Shown here piece after piece: positions 21,236-31,377 of a stretch of DNA of 64,000 nt. The number at the start of each line of letters is the position of its first letter. The stretch's first letter is position 1. The notes below the pieces were generated by a model. It had not been told where the DNA came from and did not search any database. It worked only from the letters and a program-made list of their open reading frames with translations. The stretch covers positions 544,001 to 608,000 of the forward strand of contig CAWJJC010000020.1 in assembly GCA_963843145.1 (NCBI GenBank), read 5' to 3'. The DNA is from an uncultured delta proteobacterium. GTDB lineage: Bacteria > Desulfobacterota > RBG-13-43-22. A program made the translations under genes and the position numbers.

Positions 21236-21982
21236 CTACCTTAATGAGTCCATTTTCGGCATAAAGGTTAAGGTGAAGACCTCATCCTTGAAGTCTTTCT
21301 TTTTGATCTTGGCGAAAATCATGATCGATTTATAACCCTTATAAAGGGGGCTGTCCGTCTCGATGATGGCCGGTCGCACCAAACCCGCACCGAACTCCTT
21401 GATGTCCTTGAAATAAAGGGTCTTGATCAGCATGTTGGCTTCGGTGAGACATTCGATCCTGGTCGGTAGATTTTTGTTCTTGTCCACCCACATTTTGAGC
21501 CGGTCATAGGCCACGGTTTTGGTCTTGGCCTTGAGAAAAAGAAGGGTTTCCTTGGGAGTGGAATCGACTTTTTCCACATCATACTCTACCGAATAATCAA
21601 GTGCCAGAATATCGGCATTATTGAAAACGCCGCCGATGACCGATTGAAGGCTGGTGATGCGGATCGGCTTGCCCACGTTGGGGACATAGAGCCACATATT
21701 ATCTCCCAGTCTGAGCGTACTTCTGCCATTCTCACTGGCCGGCGAAAGAAACAACCCGGCCATTTTATCCGTCCCTTTTTTGGCCGTAAAATAGACGTAT
21801 TCTTTCTTTTTTCCATCCGGTTCGATGTTGATGATCTTCCGATAGGACTCATAAGATTCGGGACTGAGGTTCTTGTCTATCTGGGCAAGCAGTTGTGCCC
21901 CGTCCATTGCATAAAGAGGTACGGCACTACCCAGCAGCATGGCGCACAAGAGTATCCGTAAGAAAACTAAAGATTTGTTCAT
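21236..21982 (-). CDS. LolA-like outer-membrane lipoprotein-sorting protein
   Basis: Signal peptide; FLSPASENGRSTLRLGDNMWLYVPNVGKPIRI; position beside a LolE/LolD-like ABC. Confidence 0.8.
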   Translation of the reverse strand: MNKSLVFLRILLCAMLLGSAVPLYAMDGAQLLAQIDKNLSPESYESYRKIINIEPDGKKKEYVYFTAKKGTDKMAGLFLSPASENGRSTLRLGDNMWLYVPNVGKPIRITSLQSVIGGVFNNADILALDYSVEYDVEKVDSTPKETLLFLKAKTKTVAYDRLKMWVDKNKNLPTRIECLTEANMLIKTLYFKDIKEFGAGLVRPAIIETDSPLYKGYKSIMIFAKIKKKDFKDEVFTLTFMPKMDSLR

Positions 21983-22053
21983 CGATGGATCCTTTCGTTA
22001 AGGATTGAAACAACTATCATCCCAAGAAACTGTACTTTTTTCATTCGATCCTC

Positions 22054-23289
22054 CTATACATGTCTTAAGGCGGTAATCGGCTCCATCCGCGAGGCCTTGA
22101 GGGCCGGCTGGAGACTTCCGAGAATGGCGACCACGACCACGATCACCGAGACGATGATCAGGTCGGAGATTTGCACCGAAGGCGAGAGCACGAAGGTCTG
22201 CCTGGCGAAGTTGAAGCTGATATGGGCTAGACGGAGCACGAAGACAATAACCACGCCGATCACATTTCCGATGACCACCCCGAATATCCCGAGCAGCAGA
22301 CCTTCCATTACGAACATGGAGAGAATCTTGCCCGGCAGCGTGCCAATGGCGGCAATGGTGCCGATTTCCCGTATCCGCTCGTAGACCGCCATGATCATCA
22401 CGTTCATGACGCTCACCAGCACGATAGCGATGAGCATGACCTTAATGAAAATGGTCATGAGGTTGATCATCTGGGCCAGGCTGAAGAACGGGGAAAGGCC
22501 CTCCCAGGTGTGGACCTCGAATATCGGCTTGCCCTGTTTGTTTTTTTCGCCGGAGAGCGCTTGGTCCAGTTGACCATAAATTTTGTGGAGGGCACCGAAG
22601 TCTTTCAGCCTAATGGCTATTTCGCTGATCTCCGGCTCGTCCATCCGAAGGATTTCCTTGGCATCATCGATGTGAACGTAGCCGTCCCTTCCGCCAGGGC
22701 CCGTGGCGCTCTCCAATACCCCGCCGACCTTGAGCTGCTTTCCATTCACCGAGCCGTCCTTGTTCGTGGCGATCACTACCACCATGGAGCCCACTTTTAA
22801 GTTCATGCCGCGCGCCAGGAGTTCGGGGATCATGATTTCCCCCTTCTTGATGACCTTCTCTCCTTCTATGACTCGCGACATCAAAAGCGGAACGGTCCGG
22901 GCCTCTTTCTCGGGATCGACCCCATTGAGCCGGATGGCGGTCGTCTCGGTGAAATTACTGAACATGCCCCCGAACTTGATTCTCGGAGAATAGGCCTCGA
23001 TCCCCGGCGTCCCCTCAAGTAGCTTTTCCACCTTGGCCACGGCCTGGGGCTTCATGTTCATGGTCAGGGGTAGGTTGTCGATGGAGGCCACATATCCCTT
23101 TCGATGGATCTGGATGTGGCCGAGCATCGAGTCGGTGATCTGACTGATAATGAGATTTTTAAACGAGCCCGAAACAGCGGTGAAAACCAGGACAAAGACG
23201 ATGCCAATGGCCACGAGCGAGGAGGTGAGCAAGGTCCTCCGTTTGTAACGTATCAGATTTCTTATGGCGATCTTCAGGACGTTATACAC
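22054..23289 (-). CDS. ABC permease, MacB/LolE (FtsX-like) family
   Basis: IAIRNLIRYKRRTLLT; VYERIREIGTIAAIG; PALKASRMEPITALRHV. GTG start at 23289 inferred. Confidence 0.9.
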   Translation of the reverse strand: MYNVLKIAIRNLIRYKRRTLLTSSLVAIGIVFVLVFTAVSGSFKNLIISQITDSMLGHIQIHRKGYVASIDNLPLTMNMKPQAVAKVEKLLEGTPGIEAYSPRIKFGGMFSNFTETTAIRLNGVDPEKEARTVPLLMSRVIEGEKVIKKGEIMIPELLARGMNLKVGSMVVVIATNKDGSVNGKQLKVGGVLESATGPGGRDGYVHIDDAKEILRMDEPEISEIAIRLKDFGALHKIYGQLDQALSGEKNKQGKPIFEVHTWEGLSPFFSLAQMINLMTIFIKVMLIAIVLVSVMNVMIMAVYERIREIGTIAAIGTLPGKILSMFVMEGLLLGIFGVVIGNVIGVVIVFVLRLAHISFNFARQTFVLSPSVQISDLIIVSVIVVVVAILGSLQPALKASRMEPITALRHV

Positions 23290-23987
23290 GATTACCCTCT
23301 CTTTCCCCTTTCCGGTTCGCAATCCGCCCGTCTTCGAGCGTATAGATTATCTCCGCTTCTCCCACGATCTTCTGGTCGTGCGTCGAGAAGATGAAGGTCG
23401 TCTTGAACTGGTCCCGCATCTTCTTCATTAATTCTATGACCCTATAGGCCGTCTTTTGGTCGAGATTGGCCGTCGGCTCGTCGGCCAGGACGAGTTTGGG
23501 ATTGGTCACCAGGGCCCGGGCTACGGCCACCCGCTGCTTTTGACCGCCTGATATCTGGTCGGGAAACTTATCCTTCTGTTCTCTCATCCCTACTCCCTCA
23601 AGCAGGGAGGTAACCCGCTTTTGCCTTTCCTTCTGGGGAAAACTTTGCACCATCAGGAGAGGATACTCGATGTTCTCATAGACCGTGAGCACCGGGATGA
23701 GGTTGAAGTCCTGGAAGATGAAGCCGATATTCGCCCCTCTAAAAGAGGCGCTTTGCTTACGGTCCAGGGAAAGGACATCTGTCCCGGCGACCGATCAGAC
23801 GGCCTTCCGTAGGTTTGTCGAGACAGCCAACGAGATTTAGGAGCGTGGTTTTGCCACTTCCCGAGGGCCCCACAAAGGATACAAAGGAAGCAGGTTCGAT
23901 CTCGAAGCTCAAACCTCTTAGCGCCTGGACCGTCACCTCCCCCAACCGGTAGTCTTTATGTAAATTCTCTGCCACTACTAACGCCAT
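23282..23987 (-). CDS. ABC ATP-binding protein, LolD/MacB type (frameshifted)
   Basis: GPSGSGKTTLLN in ORF 23757-23987; ISGGQKQRVAVARAL...LADEPT in ORF 23282-23692. Confidence 0.88.
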
Positions 23988-24083
23988 TTTTTCTCCTTAA
24001 ATTTGTCCTAAAAAATAGTGTTTTAAACAGGTTTGACACCTTGAATAATAACCAGTCCTTCACCCCATTTCAATCATTTATAA

Positions 24084-24494
24084 TCATTTTCCCTTTCTTA
24101 TCGGGTCATCCATGAACGAGAGCGGATGGTCAAAAGGGCATAAGGAAAAACCCACAAAGCTTGGATCGGCATTAGGATAGGCCCGGTAATGGAACCAAAG
24201 GACGGTCCGAAAAACGATGAAAAGACTGCCGATGAAGGCCCAGAGCATGCCGGGCCGTACGACCGCAGCAATCCGGTGATTCCCTTGAATTGAATGGGTA
24301 AGGAAATTGAAGACCCCCCCGGCAAGACTGGCATAGACTAAAATGAAGAGGCTCAGACAAATGAATGTCCCAATTACCCAATCCAGGAAATCTGATGTCT
24401 TCCCTGACGTCTGTGCTTTCTCGCAACCAAATTCTTCCCGCAAGGGATCTATATCGGATAATGACTTTGTTAATAATGATTGTGGTCGTGACAT
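24084..24494 (-). pseudogene. Membrane protein fragment, possibly the N-terminus of a family-2 glycosyltransferase
   Basis: Two TM helices ending FRTVLWFHYRAYP, resembling the pre-catalytic part of membrane GT2 enzymes; the sequence then degenerates. Confidence 0.35.
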
Positions 24495-24558
24495 TGATTT
24501 AAACCAGCTCGATTTTCCACCAAGGAAACTATAAAAATTCAGGGTTAAAAACCATCTT

Positions 24559-24597
24559 TCAGGGGAAGGGAGGCGTTATACCGTCCCCTCCCCTGAC
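24559..24597 (-). terminator. GC-rich hairpin after the Spy-like gene
   Basis: TCAGGGGAAGGGA...TCCCCTCCCCTGA imperfect stem immediately after the stop codon at 24604. Confidence 0.55.
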
Positions 24598-24603
24598 CAT
24601 TTT

Positions 24604-25200
24604 TTAGAATACACCCGGCCCCATAAATGGGCCGCCCATTAGGCCCCGCATCCGGCCGAATCCCATGGGAGATCCGCCGAGCTTCTGGATCTGCTCGGGA
24701 GAGAGGATCTTCCGCATCTCGAGAGGAATCTGGGCCATCTTGTCGAAGAGCTGCTCCCGCAAAGCGGACATCTCTTTCTGTTTCGCCTGCAATGTCGCCT
24801 CATCGGTTTTTAAGTTTGTCATGAGCTTCTGCATTTCGAGTTGCTTCTGCGTCAGGTCATTTCTCAAGGCCTCTGTCTCTCCATAGATGCTGTTTCTCAG
24901 TCCGTTCATCTGGTTCAACTGTTCCTCGGAAAGATCCAAATACTGACCGGGACCGAAACCACCTTGGAACCCAGGGCCGAAACCCGGTCTAAACCCCGGG
25001 CCGAAGCCGCCAGGTCCGAACCCGGCTGGAGGACCTGAAAAGCTCTCAGAACCGGTAACGGGACCGCGAAAACCGGCAGGTGGCCCGGCGAAGGGCGGTC
25101 CGCCGTCTCCGAAGGAGAGCCCGTAGCCCCAAGCCACAATCCCCAGGCCCGCAAAACTCAAAGCAAGAACAGTTAAATACCACTTTTTGATCTTTTTCAT
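24604..25200 (-). CDS. Spy/CpxP/ZraP-like periplasmic protein with Gly-Pro-Phe repeats
   Basis: Signal peptide MKKIKKWYL; repeats GFGPGGFGPGFRPGFGPG; LSEEQ and LSPEQ motifs; Met/Gly-rich tail. Confidence 0.8.
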   Translation of the reverse strand: MKKIKKWYLTVLALSFAGLGIVAWGYGLSFGDGGPPFAGPPAGFRGPVTGSESFSGPPAGFGPGGFGPGFRPGFGPGFQGGFGPGQYLDLSEEQLNQMNGLRNSIYGETEALRNDLTQKQLEMQKLMTNLKTDEATLQAKQKEMSALREQLFDKMAQIPLEMRKILSPEQIQKLGGSPMGFGRMRGLMGGPFMGPGVF

Positions 25201-25268
25201 TGTAACATCCTCCTTTTCAAATAAAATATACTTCATTTACCAAAAGGATTGCCCCCCTTTTCCACACG

Positions 25269-25763
25269 CTATGGCCGAGGCGAATTTTTCATAATATGAT
25301 CGACAGCTTCCTGCGCGCTCCCTTTAAAGGCAATGCATTTTATGCCTCTCATTCCCATACCTTTTACGATTTCATCCCCGAACTCCCCGGCAACGACGAC
25401 CCTGATCCCGTTTCTGATGAAGAAGTCGCTGAACCCGGTCCAGGTTCTATCCCTCTCTTCGCGAGAAGGGGTTTGTATTCCGCTTGTCATCACGCCCTTT
25501 TCATCGAAGCCAATGGCGTCAATCGCCGAGGCGCCTCCTACTGCCGGGCCTTTGCCGAAGTTGGGGTTTTCCACCGCCTTTATGAATTTGCCCTCGCGGT
25601 TAAAGAGCAGATAAAAGGGGCTGCGCCCCATCCTGTCGGCTACAGGCGAGCCGGGATTCTTTTCATTCGATGCCACGGCGATGTTTCCTGACTCGCCGGA
25701 AAATCCCGCCCCGGAAACAAACAACAAGGCCGCGAATGCCACGAGACTCAAAATCTTCATCAA
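25269..25763 (-). CDS. NifB/NifX-like (FeMo-cofactor-binding fold) protein with a signal peptide
   Basis: IAVAS...MGRSPFYLLF...VENP...GIRVVVAGEFG...FKGSAQEAV; hydrophobic N-terminus. Confidence 0.7.
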   Translation of the reverse strand: MMKILSLVAFAALLFVSGAGFSGESGNIAVASNEKNPGSPVADRMGRSPFYLLFNREGKFIKAVENPNFGKGPAVGGASAIDAIGFDEKGVMTSGIQTPSREERDRTWTGFSDFFIRNGIRVVVAGEFGDEIVKGMGMRGIKCIAFKGSAQEAVDHIMKNSPRP

Positions 25764-25775
25764 CTTTCCTTCCTT

Positions 25776-26249
25776 CTACCTGCGGCCAGGGCGGAACGAT
25801 GAAACAGGTTCTTGTCGCCCGGGGGTCAGGAGATCTCGGCATTTGAACCGATAATTAAAATTCTTTTCCCGGATTTTTTCCTGGAACTCTTGAATACCTT
25901 TTCTAAGACTGAAGATCCGGATCGCCTCTGTTTTCGAACTTGAGTCGAGCAACCTTAATTCCAATCTTTTAGCTCCAAGCTCTTGCCGAAGAGGGACCAT
26001 TTTCTTCCAGTGGCCCTTGTGTATCTTCTCCATTTTGGCCGATTGCTCAGGCGTCAAACCGTCATTCTCAAAGAACCCCTGCCCAAGCCTCGATCCCATT
26101 CCTCTGCTCCAGGGTTCAGCCAGGGCCTTACCGGTCGACATGAGCATGAAAAGAAAAAAGAGCAGGGCTGCCAGGAGAAACATGATGATCAAGGCCGACA
26201 ATTTATCCTTCCCGTCCGCCTTCTTGACATCTTGAGAATTCCGGCTCAC
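25776..26249 (-). CDS. Spy/CpxP-like periplasmic protein
   Basis: TM/signal segment; GLTPEQSAKM...LRQELGAKRLEL...LLTPG. Confidence 0.7.
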   Translation of the reverse strand: MSRNSQDVKKADGKDKLSALIIMFLLAALLFFLFMLMSTGKALAEPWSRGMGSRLGQGFFENDGLTPEQSAKMEKIHKGHWKKMVPLRQELGAKRLELRLLDSSSKTEAIRIFSLRKGIQEFQEKIREKNFNYRFKCRDLLTPGRQEPVSSFRPGRR

Positions 26250-26391
26250 AAAGCTCCCTCCTTTCGTCCTTTTTTGCTAATTCCAAGGAAAGGGGTCCTC
26301 TTCTCCCTTCCCTTGGTTGAAGGTCATGGAAAAATCAGGATCATTATTACGAGTTTGATCTTGAAAGCAAAAAAGCGAGGTGCAGTTGAAC

Positions 26392-26694
26392 TTAACAGCG
26401 AAGAGGAAAGGTGGTTAAGGCATCGAGGGGAAAGGCCGTCATAACGCCGATAACCTGAATCTGTGGAGAAGCGGGTAAGGTTGAAGAAATGGAGGCCAAA
26501 GACAAATGCATTATGACCAAATCACCGGGGGTTGAATTGGAATTAATAATAGTCGGATTACACCGTTCAATCTTTGGGCCTGGCTTGAATGGGCAACCGG
26601 CCCCCATTTTTAAGGCCAATTTCAGGGGTGTTGCCCCGGCCAACAAAGGAACCAGAAGGATAACCACCACTAAGATGAGGATTTTCGATTTCAT
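26392..26694 (-). CDS. Small secreted/anchored hypothetical protein ending PLRC
   Basis: 100 aa; hydrophobic N-terminus, GCPF and C motif, low-complexity middle, C-terminal FPLRC. Confidence 0.55.
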   Translation of the reverse strand: MKSKILILVVVILLVPLLAGATPLKLALKMGAGCPFKPGPKIERCNPTIINSNSTPGDLVIMHLSLASISSTLPASPQIQVIGVMTAFPLDALTTFPLRC

Positions 26695-26824
26695 GACTTG
26701 TATTTCAAATTTTGTTTTCTTTTATTATCTCTTTGTTTTTACTGATAATCGTCATAAGGACAGCCTTTACTGGATGCTCGACATATTTGTCGTCCAATGA
26801 CCTTACCTGGCCTTTACTGAGCCT

Positions 26825-28067
26825 TTACAGCTTCCTCAGAATATCCACCGGCTTCATCCGCGAGGTGCGCCGGCCCATGAAGAAACTGGCCAGACCGCCA
26901 GCCACGAGCGAAAGCACCAAGGCGCTGGCTGTAAGTCCTGCGGAGAGACTGACCGGTAGCCTCACGGCCGTTGCCGCCTGGGTCACAGTGTCCTTGGCAA
27001 AGGCCGGCATAAGGTTTATCTCCCAGGGTGTTGCGACGGGTATGGAGAGAAACCCGAGGGCGTAGGAGATGGCATAACCGGCCATAAGTCCGACCAGACC
27101 GCCGGCCAATGATTGCAGCAGTGCCTCGCCCATGAGCTGCTTCTGGACATCTTTCTCGGTCCAGCCAACCGCTTTCAGGATACCGATTTCACTGGAGCGG
27201 GCTACGAGATTGGCCAGCATGGTCTTGATGATCAGGAATATGGCCCCACCGAGGGCGATAATGGATACGAGGAGCGAAAACTGGTCGGAAATTTTAGAAA
27301 CGCCTCCCATCAGCTCCAGGAAAGAATCGGAACTGGTAACGGAGACACCGGGTACTTCTTTGGCGATCTGCGTCTTCACCTGGCTTAGAAGCGAGGGGTT
27401 GTTGAGCCGCAGATAGACGATGTTGACCCCCTTGGCCTCATCGGAAAGAAGCTTCTGGGCATCAGCCAAGGGAAGGTAGATATTAGCCGAGGCGATCTGG
27501 GAGCCTTCTTTGATCTCCAGAAGGCCTACCACCGTAAAGGGCCGGCCCTCGATCAGCATCGTGCCGCCAAGGGCCGTGCGATGGAATTTGGCATAGTGTT
27601 TTTCCAGGACGATCTCTCCGTCCTTCTTCGGGAAGCGGCCCTCTTTCAGCCACTCCTTGACCTTGACCGGTCCCAGGCTCGGTTGGGAAAGGTCTACGCC
27701 CATAATAGTCTGAAAACCGCCCCGGTCGAACTCCCAGAGGAGCAAGGAAGAAGCCATGGAACCCACACCGTCTATGGAGGCCAGTTTTCGAACCTCTTCA
27801 GGCCGCAATAATTGGTTCGAGAAGGGCAGGCGGATCCCCCGCATCGATGTAGGCGGTTTGAGTCCCATTAACCGCGCGCTTTTCGGGTTTCTGGACCACG
27901 AGGTCCGCACCCAGGTTTTTAAAAGGCAGGCTTACTGCCTTTTGATAGGCCGTCGAGACGGAGTTGATAGCCACAAAGAGGGCGATCCCTATGGCAATAC
28001 CCAGGACGTTCACCAAGGTCCGGTTATGATGGTGTCGAAGCTCATTCAGTACATATCGATAGTTCAT
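26825..28067 (-). CDS. ABC permease, MacB/FtsX-like (frameshifted near 27850-27910)
   Basis: MNYRYVLNELRHHHNRTLVNVLGIAIG in one frame; RSSEIGILKAVGW...MKPVDILRKL in another. Confidence 0.85.
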
Positions 28068-28074
28068 AGCCCGC

Positions 28075-28482
28075 TCACTTTTTGCCCGTTGCCAGGTTGA
28101 GGGCACCTTTGAGGTCCTCCATTGTCCATTTGCCTTGAAAGAAGGCCGGGCCTGAACCCGTAGGGAAGCCGGTGAAGGCGATGGGCTTCCCGGCAACGGT
28201 CCACTTGGGTTGGCCGTCTATCCAAATAACCAGCGGTATATGCTGTCGTATTCCCATTTTGGCCTTGAACTGCTCTCCCTCTTCCGTGTCGAAGTCATGC
28301 CAGGACACAATAATTTTGTCGCCATAAGTGGAAAAAATACCCTTCATCTTGTTGAGCGTATCCAGGAGGGGGCCGTGGTTCATGTAGAGCACGTCAATCT
28401 TGATCGAGGTGGCCGCCTCGGTTTTGCCCCCCAGGCTAAAAATGGCCAAGGCCAAAAAACACACAAAAATAATTTTTTTCAT
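28075..28482 (-). CDS. Exported hypothetical protein, possibly thioredoxin-like fold
   Basis: Signal peptide (AEA cleavage); KIDVLYMNHGP...HIPLVIWIDG pattern reminiscent of the Trx fold, without CxxC. Confidence 0.6.
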   Translation of the reverse strand: MKKIIFVCFLALAIFSLGGKTEAATSIKIDVLYMNHGPLLDTLNKMKGIFSTYGDKIIVSWHDFDTEEGEQFKAKMGIRQHIPLVIWIDGQPKWTVAGKPIAFTGFPTGSGPAFFQGKWTMEDLKGALNLATGKK

Positions 28483-29147
28483 GAGACCACCTTTCCATCT
28501 TGCATCCGGATCAGACGATCCGCGGTTTTGGCAAGTTCAGCATCGTGGGTCACCATCAGGATGGTGACTCCCTCTTGGCTATGAAGTCTTTCCAGGATCT
28601 CCAGGATGGCCTCACCGGTGGCCGAGTCCAGGTTTCCGGTCGGCTCATCGGCAAAGAGGATCTTGGGGTGGTTGATGAGCGCCCGGGCTATAGCCACCCT
28701 TTGTTTTTCGCCGCCGGAAAGGGCCGAGGGCAAATGGTCCGACCTGGGGAGTAGCTCCATTTTCTCCAGGAGCTCCATGGCCCGCATTTCCCGCTCTTCC
28801 GCCGGCATCTTTATTGGAAAAAGCGGGAGGGCAACATTCTCCCAGGCGGAGAGCGTGGAGATCAGGTTGAAAGACTGAAAGATGAAACCGACGTTATCCC
28901 GACGGAAAAGGGCCAATTCATCCTCGGTAGCGCTGGTAATTTCCTTCCCGTCCAGCATGACCTTTCCCTCCGTCGGGCGCTCCAGTCCCGAAAGCAATGA
29001 CAAGAGTGTCGTCTTTCCGGAGCCTGATTTTCCAGCCAGGCAGACGAATTCCCCGGTGGCTATAGAGAGCGAGACATCCCGCACCACAGTCAGATCACCG
29101 TATTTCTTGGTGAGACCGGCCCCGGTTAAGATCGTTCCGTTATTCAT
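28479..29147 (-). CDS. ABC ATP-binding protein, MacB/LolD type
   Basis: GKSGSGKTT, LSGGEKQRVAIARAL, ADEPTGNLD. Confidence 0.95.
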   Translation of the reverse strand: MNNGTILTGAGLTKKYGDLTVVRDVSLSIATGEFVCLAGKSGSGKTTLLSLLSGLERPTEGKVMLDGKEITSATEDELALFRRDNVGFIFQSFNLISTLSAWENVALPLFPIKMPAEEREMRAMELLEKMELLPRSDHLPSALSGGEKQRVAIARALINHPKILFADEPTGNLDSATGEAILEILERLHSQEGVTILMVTHDAELAKTADRLIRMQDGKVVS

Positions 29148-30396
29148 GTCGTAAAACCTCCGCTGGTTTGATTTTTGAAATACTTCGGCCGAGCAACCCG
29201 CCGGTCACGCCGCCGATCACGACTGAAAGCAGGAGGGCAAAACAGGCCAGAGCCCACGAGACGTGCACGGGGAGAGAAAGCGTCTTGAAGACCTGGTCTC
29301 CGCCCCCCGGCAGAAAATGGGGTTTGGGACTCATTTCCCAGGGAATAGGGATATTGACCTTCATGAAGCTCAACCCAAAGGTGATTACGAGGGCCAGCGC
29401 CAACCCCAGAAGGCCGGCCAGAAAGCACTGGACGATCGACTCCGAGAGGAGTTGCGTCACCACGTTCCGGTTCGTCCAACCCACCGCCTTGAGCACGCCG
29501 ATCTCCCGGGTCCGCTCGGTGATGTTGCCGGCCATGGTCTTAAAGGCAATCAAGACGGCCACGATGACGGCAATCAGGGAGGCGGCCAAGGTGAATTTAT
29601 CCGAGAGGGCAAAGAGGCTGCCTAAGAGCTTCAGGAAGGACTCGGGCGTAGCGATGGTCGCCCCTTTACCGATGAGACCTCGCAAGGCGACGGCCAAAGC
29701 GGGAATCTTTTCCTGGTCGGCTTTGATAAAAAGGAGATTGACATCGGACGGGCTGAAGGGGGAGACGGATTGCACCAGGGGGGAAGAGGCGGCCATTTTT
29801 TGCGCCTCCACCAAAGGCAGATAGACGTTGGCCACGGCGATTTTAGCGGCCCGGGAGGCATCGATCAATCCAACGATCGGGAACGACTTGCTAGCCACCG
29901 ATAGGGTATCCCCCACCTTGAGGCCGAACTGCCGGGCGTAAGACGCTTCAATGAGGGCTTCGGATCGACCTTCCGTAAGAAACCGTCCCTCGGTCACCGC
30001 ACGGGAAAGCGTTGCCGGACCGACCCTATTGTTCTGTTCTATTCCCAGGACGATCCAGGCCTTATGGGGATCAAAGACCCAAAGGAGCACGGCGGTACCT
30101 ACCCCTTTCACCCCCGGCAGGCCTTCGATCTTTTTCACCTGCGCCTCGCGGATGGTCTCGGCCGAACAAGGGAAAACGACCCCGCTAAGTTGCTCCGGCA
30201 CATTTCCCGACCGCTGGACGGTGACATCGGCCCCGATCTCTTCCAGGGGGGCGCGGGCGGCCTGGCGATAGGCGGCGGAAAGGGCGTTGAGGATGATCAG
30301 GAGGGCAATGCCTATGGAAAGACCGATGATCGCCGCCAGCGTCCTCCGCCTCTGGTAATAGAGCTCCTTAGCCAAGTAGTGATAATTCATTACCAT
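29140..30396 (-). CDS. ABC permease, MacB/FtsX-like
   Basis: RRRTLAAIIGLSIG; ERTREIGVLKAVGW; IKPAEVLRHE; paralogous to 26825-28067 (shared PWE motif). Confidence 0.92.
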   Translation of the reverse strand: MVMNYHYLAKELYYQRRRTLAAIIGLSIGIALLIILNALSAAYRQAARAPLEEIGADVTVQRSGNVPEQLSGVVFPCSAETIREAQVKKIEGLPGVKGVGTAVLLWVFDPHKAWIVLGIEQNNRVGPATLSRAVTEGRFLTEGRSEALIEASYARQFGLKVGDTLSVASKSFPIVGLIDASRAAKIAVANVYLPLVEAQKMAASSPLVQSVSPFSPSDVNLLFIKADQEKIPALAVALRGLIGKGATIATPESFLKLLGSLFALSDKFTLAASLIAVIVAVLIAFKTMAGNITERTREIGVLKAVGWTNRNVVTQLLSESIVQCFLAGLLGLALALVITFGLSFMKVNIPIPWEMSPKPHFLPGGGDQVFKTLSLPVHVSWALACFALLLSVVIGGVTGGLLGRSISKIKPAEVLRHE

Positions 30397-30402
30397 CCTC
30401 CC

Positions 30403-30900
30403 TTACGGACATATCTCTCCCCGCCGCTGAGCCATGGCGCTCTCGATCAAATGCAGAAATTTTTTCTGCTGCTCCTGGCCGAGCATGGACTTGAATTCAA
30501 GCATGTGGGAAACGACGGTCTTTTGTATGTCTTCCTGAATCTTATTAATATGGCTTATGGACGCCTCGATGGCCTGATTATCGGGGTGGTCCGCCCCCAT
30601 GAGGACGACCAGAGAAGTCCTCAACCGGCCCACTTCCTGGTTCTTCTTCACCAGGGCGCTATGGAACACTGCCGCCTTTTCCTGGAAGCGCTTAACTTGC
30701 TCGGGTTTCAGGGACAATTCTTCGAAAAGCATCCCCGGGCCAAAGGGGGCGGGCGGACCCGGCAGACCGCTCGATCTTAAAATCGGGGCCCCGCGAAAGG
30801 TGCGAAACTGCTGGTAATGGGTGTAGGCCGCCGTGCCTAGGAGCGAGGCATTCAAGAGGAGCGAGACGATGAGGATATACTTTAAGAGATTATCTTTCAT
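30403..30900 (-). CDS. Periplasmic heavy-metal sensor / CnrX-Spy-like protein (true start MKDNLLK at 30900)
   Basis: SLLLNASLLG anchor; LSLKPEQ...HMLEFKSMLGQEQQKKF. Confidence 0.8.
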   Translation of the reverse strand: MKDNLLKYILIVSLLLNASLLGTAAYTHYQQFRTFRGAPILRSSGLPGPPAPFGPGMLFEELSLKPEQVKRFQEKAAVFHSALVKKNQEVGRLRTSLVVLMGADHPDNQAIEASISHINKIQEDIQKTVVSHMLEFKSMLGQEQQKKFLHLIESAMAQRRGEICP

Positions 30901-31373
30901 CGGTGGCCTCCGACCAAAGCCACATAGATGCCTCCGATCGAATTGGGAGGTGTGGCCTGAAAGAGATCGAGAGAAAATGACTCCTGAACGGTCGTGGGCC
31001 TTTCTGGTGTTTTGCCGGTGACGAGCAGGTTGCCGGAGACCATGCCGATAAAGATAACGACCAGGGCGAAGGCCACTTGGACCGCCCGCAGAAAGACCGG
31101 GTGGAGGGTAAAGAAACTCCAGAAGGAGGGGCGGGTTTCTTTCTCTTCGATCCGGGCCATGACCCTCGTGGCAAACCCATAAGGCGCCTCGAACTTTTCT
31201 GCAGGGCCAAAGAGTTGACGCATGGACTTGGTCTCTTCCAGCGCTTCTTGGCAAGCCGGACATCCTTCAATGTGGGAGATGAATATCTTCGCTTGGTCAG
31301 GACCGAGTTCATCGTCCACAAACGGGGAGATCATTTTTTTTATTTGTGAGCACTTCATTTTTTCTCCCTCCAT
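30897..31373 (-). CDS. zf-HC2 membrane anti-sigma factor
   Basis: MKCSQIKKMISPFVDDEL...HIEGCPAC, one TM helix, C-terminal FSLDLFQATPPNSIGGIY. Confidence 0.88.
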   Translation of the reverse strand: MEGEKMKCSQIKKMISPFVDDELGPDQAKIFISHIEGCPACQEALEETKSMRQLFGPAEKFEAPYGFATRVMARIEEKETRPSFWSFFTLHPVFLRAVQVAFALVVIFIGMVSGNLLVTGKTPERPTTVQESFSLDLFQATPPNSIGGIYVALVGGHR

Positions 31374-31377
31374 ACTG

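Noticed and set aside
24950-25100. Short imperfect DNA repeats (CCGAAACC/CCGAAGCC)
   Set aside because: They encode the GFGPG peptide repeats of the Spy-like protein; not a separate DNA element.
30403-31263. Long N-terminal extensions of ORFs 30403-31263, 35721-36833, 37455-38501, 59428-60120 and 61203-62333
   Set aside because: They overlap upstream genes or promoters; true starts were placed at downstream ATGs matching the family N-termini.
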